From Rickettsiales bacterium (GTDB lineage: Bacteria; Pseudomonadota; Alphaproteobacteria; Rickettsiales; UBA1997), in assembly GCA_947425005.1 (NCBI GenBank), contig CANDYP010000002.1:1-45861 (forward strand): a stretch of DNA of 45,861 nucleotides. Reading direction: 5' to 3'. The notes beneath the pieces were generated by a model. It saw only the letters and a program-made list of their open reading frames with translations. It did not search any database and had not been told where the DNA came from. The position numbers were made by a program, and so were the translations under genes. Positions 32,143-40,940 of the stretch are shown piece after piece (the first letter of the stretch is position 1; every line of letters begins with the position of its first letter).

Positions 32143-33069
32143 TTAAAAATTGTACCCCAAAATCATTTTGTACAAATTCTGCGGCACTAGCTGATTGCCG
32201 TTTACGTTGCGGTAAATTGGGAATTCTACGTCGGCGTAAAGTTTGAAATCGTTGAAGCTTAGCTCGATTCCCGGAGCGAAGAAAATCTGAGTGTAGCCGC
32301 TGCTTAAATTGTGATCGTAAGTTGCCCAGCCGGAATCTTGAGTTTTCTTTGAACCAGTCACCTGCGCAATCGGAGCTACTTTTTTTAATCCAAAAAATGA
32401 TCCGGCATTGTAATAAATTCCACTAGCGCCGGAAACTTCGTCGCCAGGATGGTAACCGCGGTGGATGATTGCAGGATGTTCCCACGAAGCTTGCGCGAAA
32501 TAATTAAATTTTCCTGCTTCGTCAACTTGCCCCATGTGGTAAGCGCCCAAGATTGTATCTGTGCTGCCGGTGCCGATTTGTGTGGTGCGGCTGAAAGTTT
32601 TGACGCTGCTACTTCCGGTTGGAAGTTTTAGGCCGAAAGTAATTCCGGTCGACATGTCGGAAAAAAATCCTGAGTAAATTCCGTTAACACGAATGTCGCC
32701 GACGTCGCTGTGTCTCGAGTAAGACATGCCGCTGTGGTGAGGAAGAGTTTGTACGTAACGAGTTACGTAAGGAATACGAATCGCCGCGCCCCACTCGCGA
32801 TTGAACATGTATTGCGTGCCGGCGGTAACGGTTTGGGTGTTAATGCGTCTGTCGTGATTGTGCCCATTGGAGTCTTTAGTTTTGCTCCAGTTCTGCGCTT
32901 GGTCCATGTAATCGTACTGCAAAAACGCCGTACCGCCTTGACGATTAGGAATCAGGGCGCTGGTGCCAACATTAAAAACCCCACAGCCACAAGCGCAGGC
33001 GAGGGCATCGCTTGCAAATAAGACGAGCAAAAAAAGCGCAGCGCAAAACTGTTGGTAGAAATTTTTCAT
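32143..33069 (-). CDS. Outer-membrane beta-barrel protein with N-terminal CACGCG motif
   Basis: 308 aa with a signal peptide ending ...ASDALA. Alternating amphipathic strands and the C-terminal ...MILGYNF (terminal Phe) are typical of OMPs. The family is uncertain (possibly MetA/phenol-degradation-like transporter). Confidence 0.65.
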   Translation of the reverse strand: MKNFYQQFCAALFLLVLFASDALACACGCGVFNVGTSALIPNRQGGTAFLQYDYMDQAQNWSKTKDSNGHNHDRRINTQTVTAGTQYMFNREWGAAIRIPYVTRYVQTLPHHSGMSYSRHSDVGDIRVNGIYSGFFSDMSTGITFGLKLPTGSSSVKTFSRTTQIGTGSTDTILGAYHMGQVDEAGKFNYFAQASWEHPAIIHRGYHPGDEVSGASGIYYNAGSFFGLKKVAPIAQVTGSKKTQDSGWATYDHNLSSGYTQIFFAPGIELSFNDFKLYADVEFPIYRNVNGNQLVPQNLYKMILGYNF

Positions 33070-33212
33070 TAATCTTTGGCTTGTTGAATTATGCCGATCA
33101 ATCAGCGGCAGGGGGGTAAATTTCGGGCAGAAACTAATTGCAGCTCACAAAAGTGACAGATATTTTCTTCGCCCCTACAAAAATTGTCCCTCCCAAAATA
33201 AATTTCAAAAAA

Positions 33213-35693
33213 ATGACAGAAGTAGAAAGCCGCAAGGAATTGTTTAACGTGGAAGCAGAGCAGGCAGTGCTCGGCACAATTATTTTAAACAACGAATATT
33301 TAAATCGTGTTTCAGAATTCTTGCGTGAGGAACATTTTTACGAGCCGGCGCATCAGAGAATTTACGCGCAGATTTTGCACAATGTGGAGAAGGTCAACAT
33401 CATTGCCAATCAAGTTACGCTGAAGCAATTTTTTGAATCCGATCCTGCGATTAAAGCAATCGGCGGCGTGATTTATCTTTCGACGCTTTTGGGTTCAGCC
33501 TCGGCAATCATTGATATTGCTGACTACGGACGCTTGATTCACGACTTGGCTTTGAAGCGTTCGCTCTCAATGGTTGGAGAAGAGATCGTCAATCGCGTTT
33601 ACAAAGTGGAAGAAAAAACTTCGGCGACGGAACAGATCGAACTTGCTGAAGCCACGCTGTTCAAGCTTTCAGAGCATGGCAACGGTCGCAGTGATTTTCG
33701 CAGCATTTCCACTTCACTCAAAGAAACTCTCGACAAAACAATCATTGCCAGACAGCGCGACAGCCACATCAGCGGCGTCTCCACGGGGTTGACCGATCTA
33801 GACAAAATCCTCAGCGGCATGCAGCAATCCGACCTAATCATCCTCGCCGGACGTCCGTCAATGGGGAAGGCTCAGCCGCTTAATGCTAAGATTTTAACTA
33901 CTTCGGGCTGGAAAAAAATGGGGGAGTTAAAAATTGGTGACAAGCTAGCATCCACTGATGGCAAGGCTTCAAAGGTAAAGGGTATTTTTCCGCAAGGCAA
34001 AAAACAAATTTATCGCATTACATTTTCTGACGGTCGTTCAGCCGAATGTTGTGCCGAGCATTTGTGGAAAATTCATTGTCGTCATTTTGAAGAGGCGCGA
34101 ATTCTCTCGACGGAAAAGGTTATTTCAATGTTGGAAAAAAAGCGTTACCAGAATCGTCTCTGGATTGATACAGTGTCGGGTGATTTTGGTGACGACAAAA
34201 AATTACCACTAGATCCGTGGCTGCTTGGCGCCTTGATTGGCGACGGTACGTTATCCGGTGGCGCGGTGCGCTTCTCGACTGCCAGTGAGGAAATGTTAAA
34301 AATTCTGGCGAAAAAAATTGGCAAAGATTTCTTGATCCAACATGCCGGAAAATACGACTACCGGATTATTCAAAGTAAAGGCATTCATCACAAAGGTCTT
34401 GAGGGAGTAAGTAAAAACGGGATCAAAGAATCGCTAAAAAAATTAGGATTGTGGGATATTGTAAGTGAGCAAAAATTTATTCCTGAGCAATATTTTCAAG
34501 CTGATCACAAGTCTCGTCTCGAGCTTTTACAAGGTTTGATTGATACTGACGGTTGGGTTGAAAAATTTGGCGCCTTGCGTTTTTGCACCGTTAGCAAAAA
34601 GCTTGCTGATGATGTGGTGATGCTTGTGCGTTCGCTTGGAGCCGTTGCTTCTCTTTCTTCTAAACAAACTTCTTACACTCACAAAGGTGAAAAAAAGTCG
34701 GGTCAAACTGCTTTTGTGATTAACATTTCTCACGTAAATCAAAAAACTTTTGCTTCCCTGTCGGATAAGGTGAAGCGCATGGAGCAAGGGCGCAAGCGTC
34801 AGAATCGCCTCACCATTACCGAGATTGAAATGACTCGCAAAGCTGAAGCGCAATGCATTTCCGTAACTCATCCGGACCATCTTTATATTACTGATGATTA
34901 CGTGGTAACGCACAACACGGCACTCGCAATCAACGTGGCTGTAAATGCCTGCAAGTTTTTGAATCACAGTGGAGTTGAGGCGAAGGACAAAAAGGCGGTG
35001 GGGTTTTTTTCGCTCGAGATGTCGGCGGATCAGCTGTCAGCGCGTATTCTTTCAATGGAGAGCAGCATTAATGCGACGAAATTTCGCACGGGGCAATTGA
35101 GCGACATTGAGTGGGAAGCAATCGCCACGCGCTCTGCCGAGATTTCAAAATTGCCGTTTTTTATTGACGACACGCCGGCGCTTTCGATTGCGGCGCTTCG
35201 TACGCGTACGCGCAGAATGGTGCGTAAACACAACCTGGCGTTTTTGTTGGTGGATTATTTGCAGCTGATTCGCGGCTCTTCGACTCGCTCGAATGACGGT
35301 CGGGTGCAGGAAATTTCTGAGATCACGCAAGGTTTAAAGGCGATCGCGAAAGAGTTTAATATTCCGGTGATTGCGCTGTCGCAATTGTCGCGCGCGGTGG
35401 AGCAGAGGGACGACAAGAGGCCGCAACTTTCAGATCTGCGTGAGTCGGGTTCGATTGAGCAAGACGCCGATGTGGTGGCCTTCATCTACCGCGAGAGTTA
35501 TTATTTTGAACGCAAAAAACCGCCGGAAACTGATCGTGAGCAGTTTGAACAATGGTCGCAAAAAATGAATGAGCTGCGTCACGTTTCGGAGGTAATCATC
35601 GCCAAGCAGCGTAATGGCCCGATCGGTAAAGTTGATCTTTATTTCGATCCAGAATTCACCCGCTTCGGTAATTTGGATGTGCGGCATTATTAA
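33213..35693 (+). CDS. dnaB: Replicative DNA helicase DnaB, interrupted by an intein in the Walker A P-loop
   Basis: Start at MTEVESRKELFNVEAEQAVLG. Exteins: ...LIILAGRPSMGK | TALAINVA..., followed by SLEMS, LLVDYLQL, ALSQLSR and KQRNGP. The two exteins sum to ~477 aa, a normal DnaB size. Confidence 0.93.
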   Translation: MTEVESRKELFNVEAEQAVLGTIILNNEYLNRVSEFLREEHFYEPAHQRIYAQILHNVEKVNIIANQVTLKQFFESDPAIKAIGGVIYLSTLLGSASAIIDIADYGRLIHDLALKRSLSMVGEEIVNRVYKVEEKTSATEQIELAEATLFKLSEHGNGRSDFRSISTSLKETLDKTIIARQRDSHISGVSTGLTDLDKILSGMQQSDLIILAGRPSMGKAQPLNAKILTTSGWKKMGELKIGDKLASTDGKASKVKGIFPQGKKQIYRITFSDGRSAECCAEHLWKIHCRHFEEARILSTEKVISMLEKKRYQNRLWIDTVSGDFGDDKKLPLDPWLLGALIGDGTLSGGAVRFSTASEEMLKILAKKIGKDFLIQHAGKYDYRIIQSKGIHHKGLEGVSKNGIKESLKKLGLWDIVSEQKFIPEQYFQADHKSRLELLQGLIDTDGWVEKFGALRFCTVSKKLADDVVMLVRSLGAVASLSSKQTSYTHKGEKKSGQTAFVINISHVNQKTFASLSDKVKRMEQGRKRQNRLTITEIEMTRKAEAQCISVTHPDHLYITDDYVVTHNTALAINVAVNACKFLNHSGVEAKDKKAVGFFSLEMSADQLSARILSMESSINATKFRTGQLSDIEWEAIATRSAEISKLPFFIDDTPALSIAALRTRTRRMVRKHNLAFLLVDYLQLIRGSSTRSNDGRVQEISEITQGLKAIAKEFNIPVIALSQLSRAVEQRDDKRPQLSDLRESGSIEQDADVVAFIYRESYYFERKKPPETDREQFEQWSQKMNELRHVSEVIIAKQRNGPIGKVDLYFDPEFTRFGNLDVRHY
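33870..34916 (+). mobile_element. DnaB intein (349 aa) with LAGLIDADG homing-endonuclease domain; class-3-like (Ala1, Trp-B12, Cys-F4, Thr-G5)
   Basis: It begins AQPLNAKILT right after GRPSMGK and ends ...DDYVVTHN before Thr+1. Block B is CAEHLW (H308, W310). Block F is AQCISV (C573). Block G is VVTHN. The LAGLIDADG motifs are LLGALIGDG and LLQGLIDTDG. Confidence 0.9.
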
Positions 35694-35700
35694 ATTACCG

Positions 35701-35759
35701 TTGACTTTGTGAAGCTGTAAATACAAATATACAGCGATACAGCAAGCTGGCTTTACAGC
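35701..35759 (+). promoter_or_regulatory. Possible dinJ-yafQ promoter/operator
   Basis: TTGACT at 35701-35706. Inverted repeat gctgtaaa (35714-35721) / tttacagc (35752-35759). Direct atacagc repeats lie between them. No clean -10 could be fixed. Confidence 0.3.
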
Positions 35760-35782
35760 AAAAATCAAAAACTAGGTAATTT

Positions 35783-36088
35783 GTGAAAAACGTAAAAATG
35801 ACAATTAATGTTCCGGAAGATCTTTACAAAATGATCAAGGTTCAATCAGCGGTTAATGGCTCTACCATTAAGGATTACGTGGTGGGGACTATTTCTAATT
35901 CGATGAAAAGTGGGAGGGATGAATCTAATAAAAAAAGCGTAAAAATTTCTGCAAATTTAAGAAAAAAAATTCCTAACAAAACGACGATCAGAGCTTTGAA
36001 AGAGTACGAACAAGGTAAGTTTACCACTTACAAAAGTTCTGAAGAATTATTCGCAAAATTGGATGAGATAGTAAAAAAGAATAGTTAA
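35783..36088 (+). CDS. dinJ: DinJ/RelB-family antitoxin
   Basis: RHH-like N-terminus (INVPEDLYKMIK). The C-terminus PNKTTIRALKEYEQGKFTTYKSSEELFAKLDEI parallels the E. coli DinJ C-terminus PNQLTIQSIKNSEAG...DADDLFDKLGI. The start is GTG 35783 (AGGT 5 nt upstream) or ATG 35798. Confidence 0.8.
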   Translation: MKNVKMTINVPEDLYKMIKVQSAVNGSTIKDYVVGTISNSMKSGRDESNKKSVKISANLRKKIPNKTTIRALKEYEQGKFTTYKSSEELFAKLDEIVKKNS

Positions 36089-36091
36089 AAA

Positions 36092-36364
36092 ATGCTTGAA
36101 ACAATCACCACAAAAACCTTCGACAGAGACTACGCTAAAATAGTCAGACAGGGCAAAAAAATAGAAAAAATTAATCTTGTGATCAGGCTCCTACAAGAAG
36201 GTCTGAAGTTGAATTTAAAATATCGAGATCACAAGCTAACTGGCGTCTACAAAGGATGGAGAGACTGTCACGTTGAACCTGATTGGTTGCTGATTTACAA
36301 AATTTCTAAAAACTTTTTGATACTAGAGCGAACTGGTACTCATTCGGAATTGTTCAAAAAATAA
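36092..36364 (+). CDS. yafQ: YafQ-family mRNA-interferase toxin (RelE/ParE superfamily)
   Basis: 90 aa. F.RDY.K, DHKLTG.....RDCHVEPDWLLIY and RTGTHSELF are YafQ hallmarks. The gene starts 3 nt after the antitoxin stop. Confidence 0.88.
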   Translation: MLETITTKTFDRDYAKIVRQGKKIEKINLVIRLLQEGLKLNLKYRDHKLTGVYKGWRDCHVEPDWLLIYKISKNFLILERTGTHSELFKK

Positions 36365-37423
36365 ATGAAAATCCTCGGCATTGAAACTTCTTGTGATGAA
36401 ACCGCTGTGGCCATTGTGGATGGGCAGAAGAATATTTTGGCGCAGGTTTTGAATTCGCAAATTGAGTTACACAAGCAATTTGGTGGAGTGGTGCCAGAGC
36501 TTGCGGCGCGCGGGCATGTCGAGGTTTTGGACAAGTTGATTTTGGAAGCTTTGGCTCAGGCTAAACTTACTTTGAATGATGTGGATGCTTTTGCGGCAAC
36601 GGCCGGTCCTGGATTAATTGGCGGCGTGATTGTTGGCTTGATGACGGCGAAAACCTTAGCGTCGGTTTACCAAAAACCTTTAATTGCGGTGAATCATTTG
36701 GAAGCGCACGCTTTGACGGCGCGGCTTACGGGCGATGTGGAATTTCCTTATTTGTTACTTTTGCTTTCAGGCGGCCATTGCCAAATTTTGTTGGCGAAGG
36801 GTGTCGGTGATTACGAAAAACTTGGTGAGACAATGGACGATGCTCTCGGTGAAGCTTTCGACAAAGTAGCACAAATGCTTGGCCTGCCTTATCCTGGAGG
36901 TCCGGCAGTTGAAAAAATGGCACAACTCGGAAACGCAAAACGTTTTAAATTTTCGCGCCCGTTAATTGATTCGCTGAATAAAGATCACCTGTGCGACTTC
37001 TCATTTTCTGGCCTTAAAACTGCAGTGCGACGCGAGATTGAAAAACTCACCTGCGAAGATTTTTCTCACTTCACGACGCCACAAAAAATTTCGAAACAAG
37101 ACAAGGTGGATATCTGCGCATCCTTTCAACATGTGGTTTGCGAGATTATTTTGAATCGACTGAATAATGTGATGCGCGTCGCGAATCTTGCTGACGGAAT
37201 AAAAAATTTGGTAATTGCCGGAGGAGTTGCGGCTAATCGTGTGATCTTTGCGAGCCTTCAGAATTGGGCGTTGCAACATGGTTTGGAAGTAGTGACGCCG
37301 CCGATAAATTTGTGTACGGACAATGCTGTGATGGTTGCTTGGGCTGGGGTGGAGAGGTTTAAGTTGGGGATGGTGGATGGTTTAGATTTTAAGCCGAGGG
37401 CGCGCTGGCCCCTTTGCGAGTAG
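36365..37423 (+). CDS. tsaD: tRNA N6-adenosine threonylcarbamoyltransferase
   Basis: 352 aa. [34 protein letters not shown] and GGVAAN. The ATG immediately follows the yafQ stop codon. Confidence 0.93.
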   Translation: MKILGIETSCDETAVAIVDGQKNILAQVLNSQIELHKQFGGVVPELAARGHVEVLDKLILEALAQAKLTLNDVDAFAATAGPGLIGGVIVGLMTAKTLASVYQKPLIAVNHLEAHALTARLTGDVEFPYLLLLLSGGHCQILLAKGVGDYEKLGETMDDALGEAFDKVAQMLGLPYPGGPAVEKMAQLGNAKRFKFSRPLIDSLNKDHLCDFSFSGLKTAVRREIEKLTCEDFSHFTTPQKISKQDKVDICASFQHVVCEIILNRLNNVMRVANLADGIKNLVIAGGVAANRVIFASLQNWALQHGLEVVTPPINLCTDNAVMVAWAGVERFKLGMVDGLDFKPRARWPLCE

Positions 37424-37431
37424 TCTTGCGA

Positions 37432-38751
37432 CTAATATTTCAAAAACCTCTCAACTGGCTTGTCGACAGTTTCGAAGCGATCTCTTTTAACTTGAAGTAT
37501 TGCTAAATTTCTTTGCACCAAACCGTTTGGTAAGAATCTGAACAGCCCGTCAACTCCTTCAAAACCATTTTTAGGCCACACGCTGTAAGCCGTGAAGTCG
37601 CCTACCTCAACAACCACATCTTTCTTTTTTTCGACCAAGTTAGAAATCACCGCGACGGAATCGTAAACAATCGAAGAAATTCTGGGCGGAAATTTGTTAA
37701 AAGTTTGGTAGTAAGACTTTTCGAAGATGCGGAATTTTTCGCTTTCTGGCGCAGCAAACCAAGCGCCAAAAAGGTTGGGATCGGTGAAGGTTGAAATGTC
37801 GTCCCACTGGCTGGTGCCAACGAATTGGAAATCTCTTTCGTCGTGGTTTTGTGCTTTGATTGCTTCGACAATTTTTGATAAAGTTTTTCCTGATTCAGGA
37901 ATGACGATCACCTTTGGATAGATGCGGTCAGAGTCTTTTAAGGACGTATCTTTTTTTACTTTATTGCCGCCGCCTTCAGCAAGGCGTGAGGGAACTTTGA
38001 ATGATTTGACAATGCGCTCGGCTAGCTTGTCGAAGTCTTTGTTGGTAGGTTCGTAAAATTCAGAGATGATGAAAGTGCCGTCTTTTTTCTTCACGATTGT
38101 TTTAAGAAGATCGGTGATTGTCAGGCCGTATTGATTATTTGGAGCAATGATTGAGAAGCTTGATTTGTCTTGGGAGACAGCGTAGCTCACAATTTTTTCA
38201 ATCTGATTTTCCGGCATTATTCCTGCTAAAAAAATAGCACTTTTGCCAGTGGTTTTACCGATTAATTTTGGATTGTTTGAAAGCGAAATTGCGACAATAT
38301 TATTTTCTTTTACATCTTTCTCGATTGCGTCTACTGAAGCGCTGAAGACTGGTCCGATTACGATTTTGATGTCCTGCTTTACGATTTCTTTGAAGGCTTT
38401 TGCGGCGTCGGCAGGGGTGTCTTTACTGTCGACTAAAACTAATTCGATGTTGTTGCTGGTGTCGTTGTCAAACAAAGACAAGGTGGCGGCGTTAAATAAG
38501 TTCCATCCCAATTCTTTGTTCTTGCCGGAAAATGGTAAAAACAAAGCCACTTTAACTTTTTGCTTATTGGCTTTGATGGTGACTAAATCACGCGATTCTA
38601 AAATATCGCGCGGAGTTCCTTTGCTGGTTAGCTCGGGCAGAGTTGCGGGCTGATTATTGATTCCATTTGGTCTGCCGCTGATTTCCGGTAAATGACAAGC
38701 GCAAAGAAAAAACGCCAAAGAAAGTACCGATTTTTTAAATGAATTTTGCAT
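37432..38751 (-). CDS. lpoA: LpoA/LppC-like lipoprotein (penicillin-binding-protein activator; type-I periplasmic-binding fold)
   Basis: 439 aa with a lipoprotein-like signal (LAFFLCAC) and PBP-type-I-like repeats. It is divergent from rsmI with yraN nearby, matching the E. coli lpoA(yraM)/rsmI(yraL)/yraN neighbourhood. Confidence 0.6.
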   Translation of the reverse strand: MQNSFKKSVLSLAFFLCACHLPEISGRPNGINNQPATLPELTSKGTPRDILESRDLVTIKANKQKVKVALFLPFSGKNKELGWNLFNAATLSLFDNDTSNNIELVLVDSKDTPADAAKAFKEIVKQDIKIVIGPVFSASVDAIEKDVKENNIVAISLSNNPKLIGKTTGKSAIFLAGIMPENQIEKIVSYAVSQDKSSFSIIAPNNQYGLTITDLLKTIVKKKDGTFIISEFYEPTNKDFDKLAERIVKSFKVPSRLAEGGGNKVKKDTSLKDSDRIYPKVIVIPESGKTLSKIVEAIKAQNHDERDFQFVGTSQWDDISTFTDPNLFGAWFAAPESEKFRIFEKSYYQTFNKFPPRISSIVYDSVAVISNLVEKKKDVVVEVGDFTAYSVWPKNGFEGVDGLFRFLPNGLVQRNLAILQVKRDRFETVDKPVERFLKY

Positions 38752-38822
38752 GAATTGACATCAATGAATTGTTGGTCGTGCGACAGGAACTGCGAATAAA
38801 ACTAACTTAGAAACCAAAAAAT

Positions 38823-39713
38823 ATGCAAGATTTTTCCCCGACAGAAACGCAGGGCGCGCTTGAGATAAAATTACAAAATGCACTTTACGTCGTAGCAACT
38901 CCGATTGGTAATTTACGCGACATTACGCTGCGCGCTTTGGAAGTTTTGCGCAACGCTGACCACATTATTTGTGAGGATACGCGGGTTACGCGGAAGCTGC
39001 TCAACCACTACAAAATCACCGACAAAAAACTAATCATTTACAACGATCATTGTGGCGATCAGGCACGCGAAAAAATTCTTAATTTTCTGATTCAAGGCAG
39101 TGCGATTGCCTTGGTGAGTGACGCCGGCACGCCGTTAATTTCTGATCCTGGGCACAAGCTTGTCCAATTTTTACGCAAATACAATCAGGTGATCGTGCCG
39201 ATTCCAGGTGCGTCGTCAGTGACTTCGGCGCTTTGCGCTTCAGGTCTTGCTTGCGACAATTTTTTATTTTTAGGTTTTTTGCCAACGACAAAAATTCAGA
39301 AAATTAATTTACTGAAATCGCTGCCGAAAAATTTTACTGCGGTGTTTTTTGAATCGGCGAATCGTATTGAAGCGACGTTGGAAGCAATTGCGGAAACGCT
39401 TGGAAATAGAAAGGTGGCGCTGGCTCGCGAGCTTACTAAAATTCACGAAGAAGTTCTGGCGGATGAGGCAAAAAACCTTCGCGAATTCTTCGCAAAAAAT
39501 CCGCAAAAAGTACGCGGAGAATTCGTGGTAATGATTGAAAAAGCGTCGCGCGACGAGAAGAGCTTAAGCGCAGAGGAATTAGTGGAAGAGATCGAGAAGG
39601 CGCTTTCAGCAGGATTTAGCGTCAAAGAACTTTCTCAAAACATTGCCGAAATTTACGATTTAAACAAAAAAGAAATTTACAAAATCGCCCTGCAAGTCTC
39701 ACAAAGAAAATGA
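38823..39713 (+). CDS. rsmI: 16S rRNA (cytidine1402-2'-O)-methyltransferase
   Basis: 296 aa. LYVVATPIGNLRDITLRALEVL...CEDTR...SDAGTPLISDPG is the tetrapyrrole-methylase-fold RsmI pattern. Confidence 0.92.
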   Translation: MQDFSPTETQGALEIKLQNALYVVATPIGNLRDITLRALEVLRNADHIICEDTRVTRKLLNHYKITDKKLIIYNDHCGDQAREKILNFLIQGSAIALVSDAGTPLISDPGHKLVQFLRKYNQVIVPIPGASSVTSALCASGLACDNFLFLGFLPTTKIQKINLLKSLPKNFTAVFFESANRIEATLEAIAETLGNRKVALARELTKIHEEVLADEAKNLREFFAKNPQKVRGEFVVMIEKASRDEKSLSAEELVEEIEKALSAGFSVKELSQNIAEIYDLNKKEIYKIALQVSQRK

Positions 39714-39813
39714 TGCTAAAAAATAAAATATTTTTTTAGAGCCAATGGGCAAGCGGGTTTGAACGGAGCAAAACTGGACGCCGCGTCCAGTTTTCAAAAA
39801 TTAGCAGAAAATT
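39714..39813. repeat. Family-C element copy 2
   Basis: tgctaaaaaataaaatattttttt-agagccaatgggcaagcgggtttgaacggagc-[aaaactggacg-ccg-cgtccagtttt]-caaaaatt... begins at the base after the rsmI stop. Confidence 0.75.
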
Positions 39814-39834
39814 TAACTTCACCACAGTTTAAAA

Positions 39835-40185
39835 ATGACCAAGAAAAAAACTTACCAATTCGGAATTCTGGCGGAGAAAATAACGATTCTTTTTCTGTCG
39901 TTGAAGGGCTACCAAATTTTGGCCTGGCGTTACAAAACTTATTTTGGCGAGATCGACATTGTGGCTAAAAAAGGTCGGACGATCGTAATGGTTGAGGTGA
40001 AGGCGAGGAAGGCTAGGAGTGCGGTTGAAGAGGTTTTGAAATCGAAACAAATTGACCGCATTAAGCGTGCGGCGGAATCTTTTTTGTGCAAGAATCCACA
40101 ATTTCAAAATCATTCTTTGCGTTTTGATTTTGTTTTGGTCAGCAAGTTTCTTTTGCCAAAACATTACAAAAATTTTTGGCAATAA
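39835..40185 (+). CDS. yraN: YraN-family (UPF0102) endonuclease-like protein
   Basis: 116 aa. GEIDIVAKKGRTIVMVEVKAR and RFDFV are the UPF0102 signatures. Confidence 0.85.
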   Translation: MTKKKTYQFGILAEKITILFLSLKGYQILAWRYKTYFGEIDIVAKKGRTIVMVEVKARKARSAVEEVLKSKQIDRIKRAAESFLCKNPQFQNHSLRFDFVLVSKFLLPKHYKNFWQ

Positions 40186-40310
40186 TTGAGCAATGAGAAG
40201 GCCAAAATTTTCAACAGTAATGGGGTTGAAATTTAGAAAGCGGATCTTTAATTTGCCGCGGCTTGCAACTTCTTTTGCAAGAAAATCATTTTAACAACTA
40301 ATGTAACTTC

Positions 40311-40850
40311 GTGAAACCATTCAGAAATCAGCAAGCCCCAAATTTCGACAAATTATTTCGCATCAACGAACAAATTAAAGCCAAAGAAGTTAGGCTGATT
40401 GATCACGAAGCCAAGATGGTCGGAGTTATTGCCACTGCTGAAGCTTTGAAGATGGCACAAGATGTTAGTTTAGATTTAGTTGAAGTGTCTCCGAATGTGG
40501 TTCCACCAGTTTGCAAGATCGCCAATTTTGGCAAGATGAAGTACGAGATGCAGAAGAAAGCAGCGGATGCGAAGAAGAAGCAGAAGGTTGTAGAAGTCAA
40601 AGAAGTCAAAATGACAATCAACATCGGTAAGGGTGATTTCGATACTAAGATCAGACACACCTTAGAATTCATTGAGAAAGGCAATAAAGTTAAGATTAGC
40701 ATCAGAATGAAAGGTCGAGAAATTACTCACCAAGATTTAGCTGAAAAAATGATGCAGGATATTTTTAGAGATACTGAAGAGTTTGCTAAGCCAGAAGTGC
40801 GTCACAGGCTAGAAGGCATGCAGATGGTTGTGATTCTTGTAAAAAAATAA
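40311..40850 (+). CDS. infC: Translation initiation factor IF-3
   Basis: 179 aa. RINEQIKAKEVRLID...LDLVEVSPN..PPVCKI..FGK is typical IF-3. The start is GTG, with an in-frame TAA 12 nt upstream. Confidence 0.9.
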   Translation: MKPFRNQQAPNFDKLFRINEQIKAKEVRLIDHEAKMVGVIATAEALKMAQDVSLDLVEVSPNVVPPVCKIANFGKMKYEMQKKAADAKKKQKVVEVKEVKMTINIGKGDFDTKIRHTLEFIEKGNKVKISIRMKGREITHQDLAEKMMQDIFRDTEEFAKPEVRHRLEGMQMVVILVKK

Positions 40851-40940
40851 TGACTTACAAAATGTAGCCTTACTTCGAATTTTAATGATCCGGAGGTGAG
40901 GCTTATTTTGTTCAGGACCTAACTAAATTTTCTTAGATTT

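Noticed and set aside
34527-34967. 146-aa minus-strand ORF inside the intein endonuclease region
   Set aside because: The plus-strand frame carries clear LAGLIDADG and intein block motifs. The antisense frame has none.
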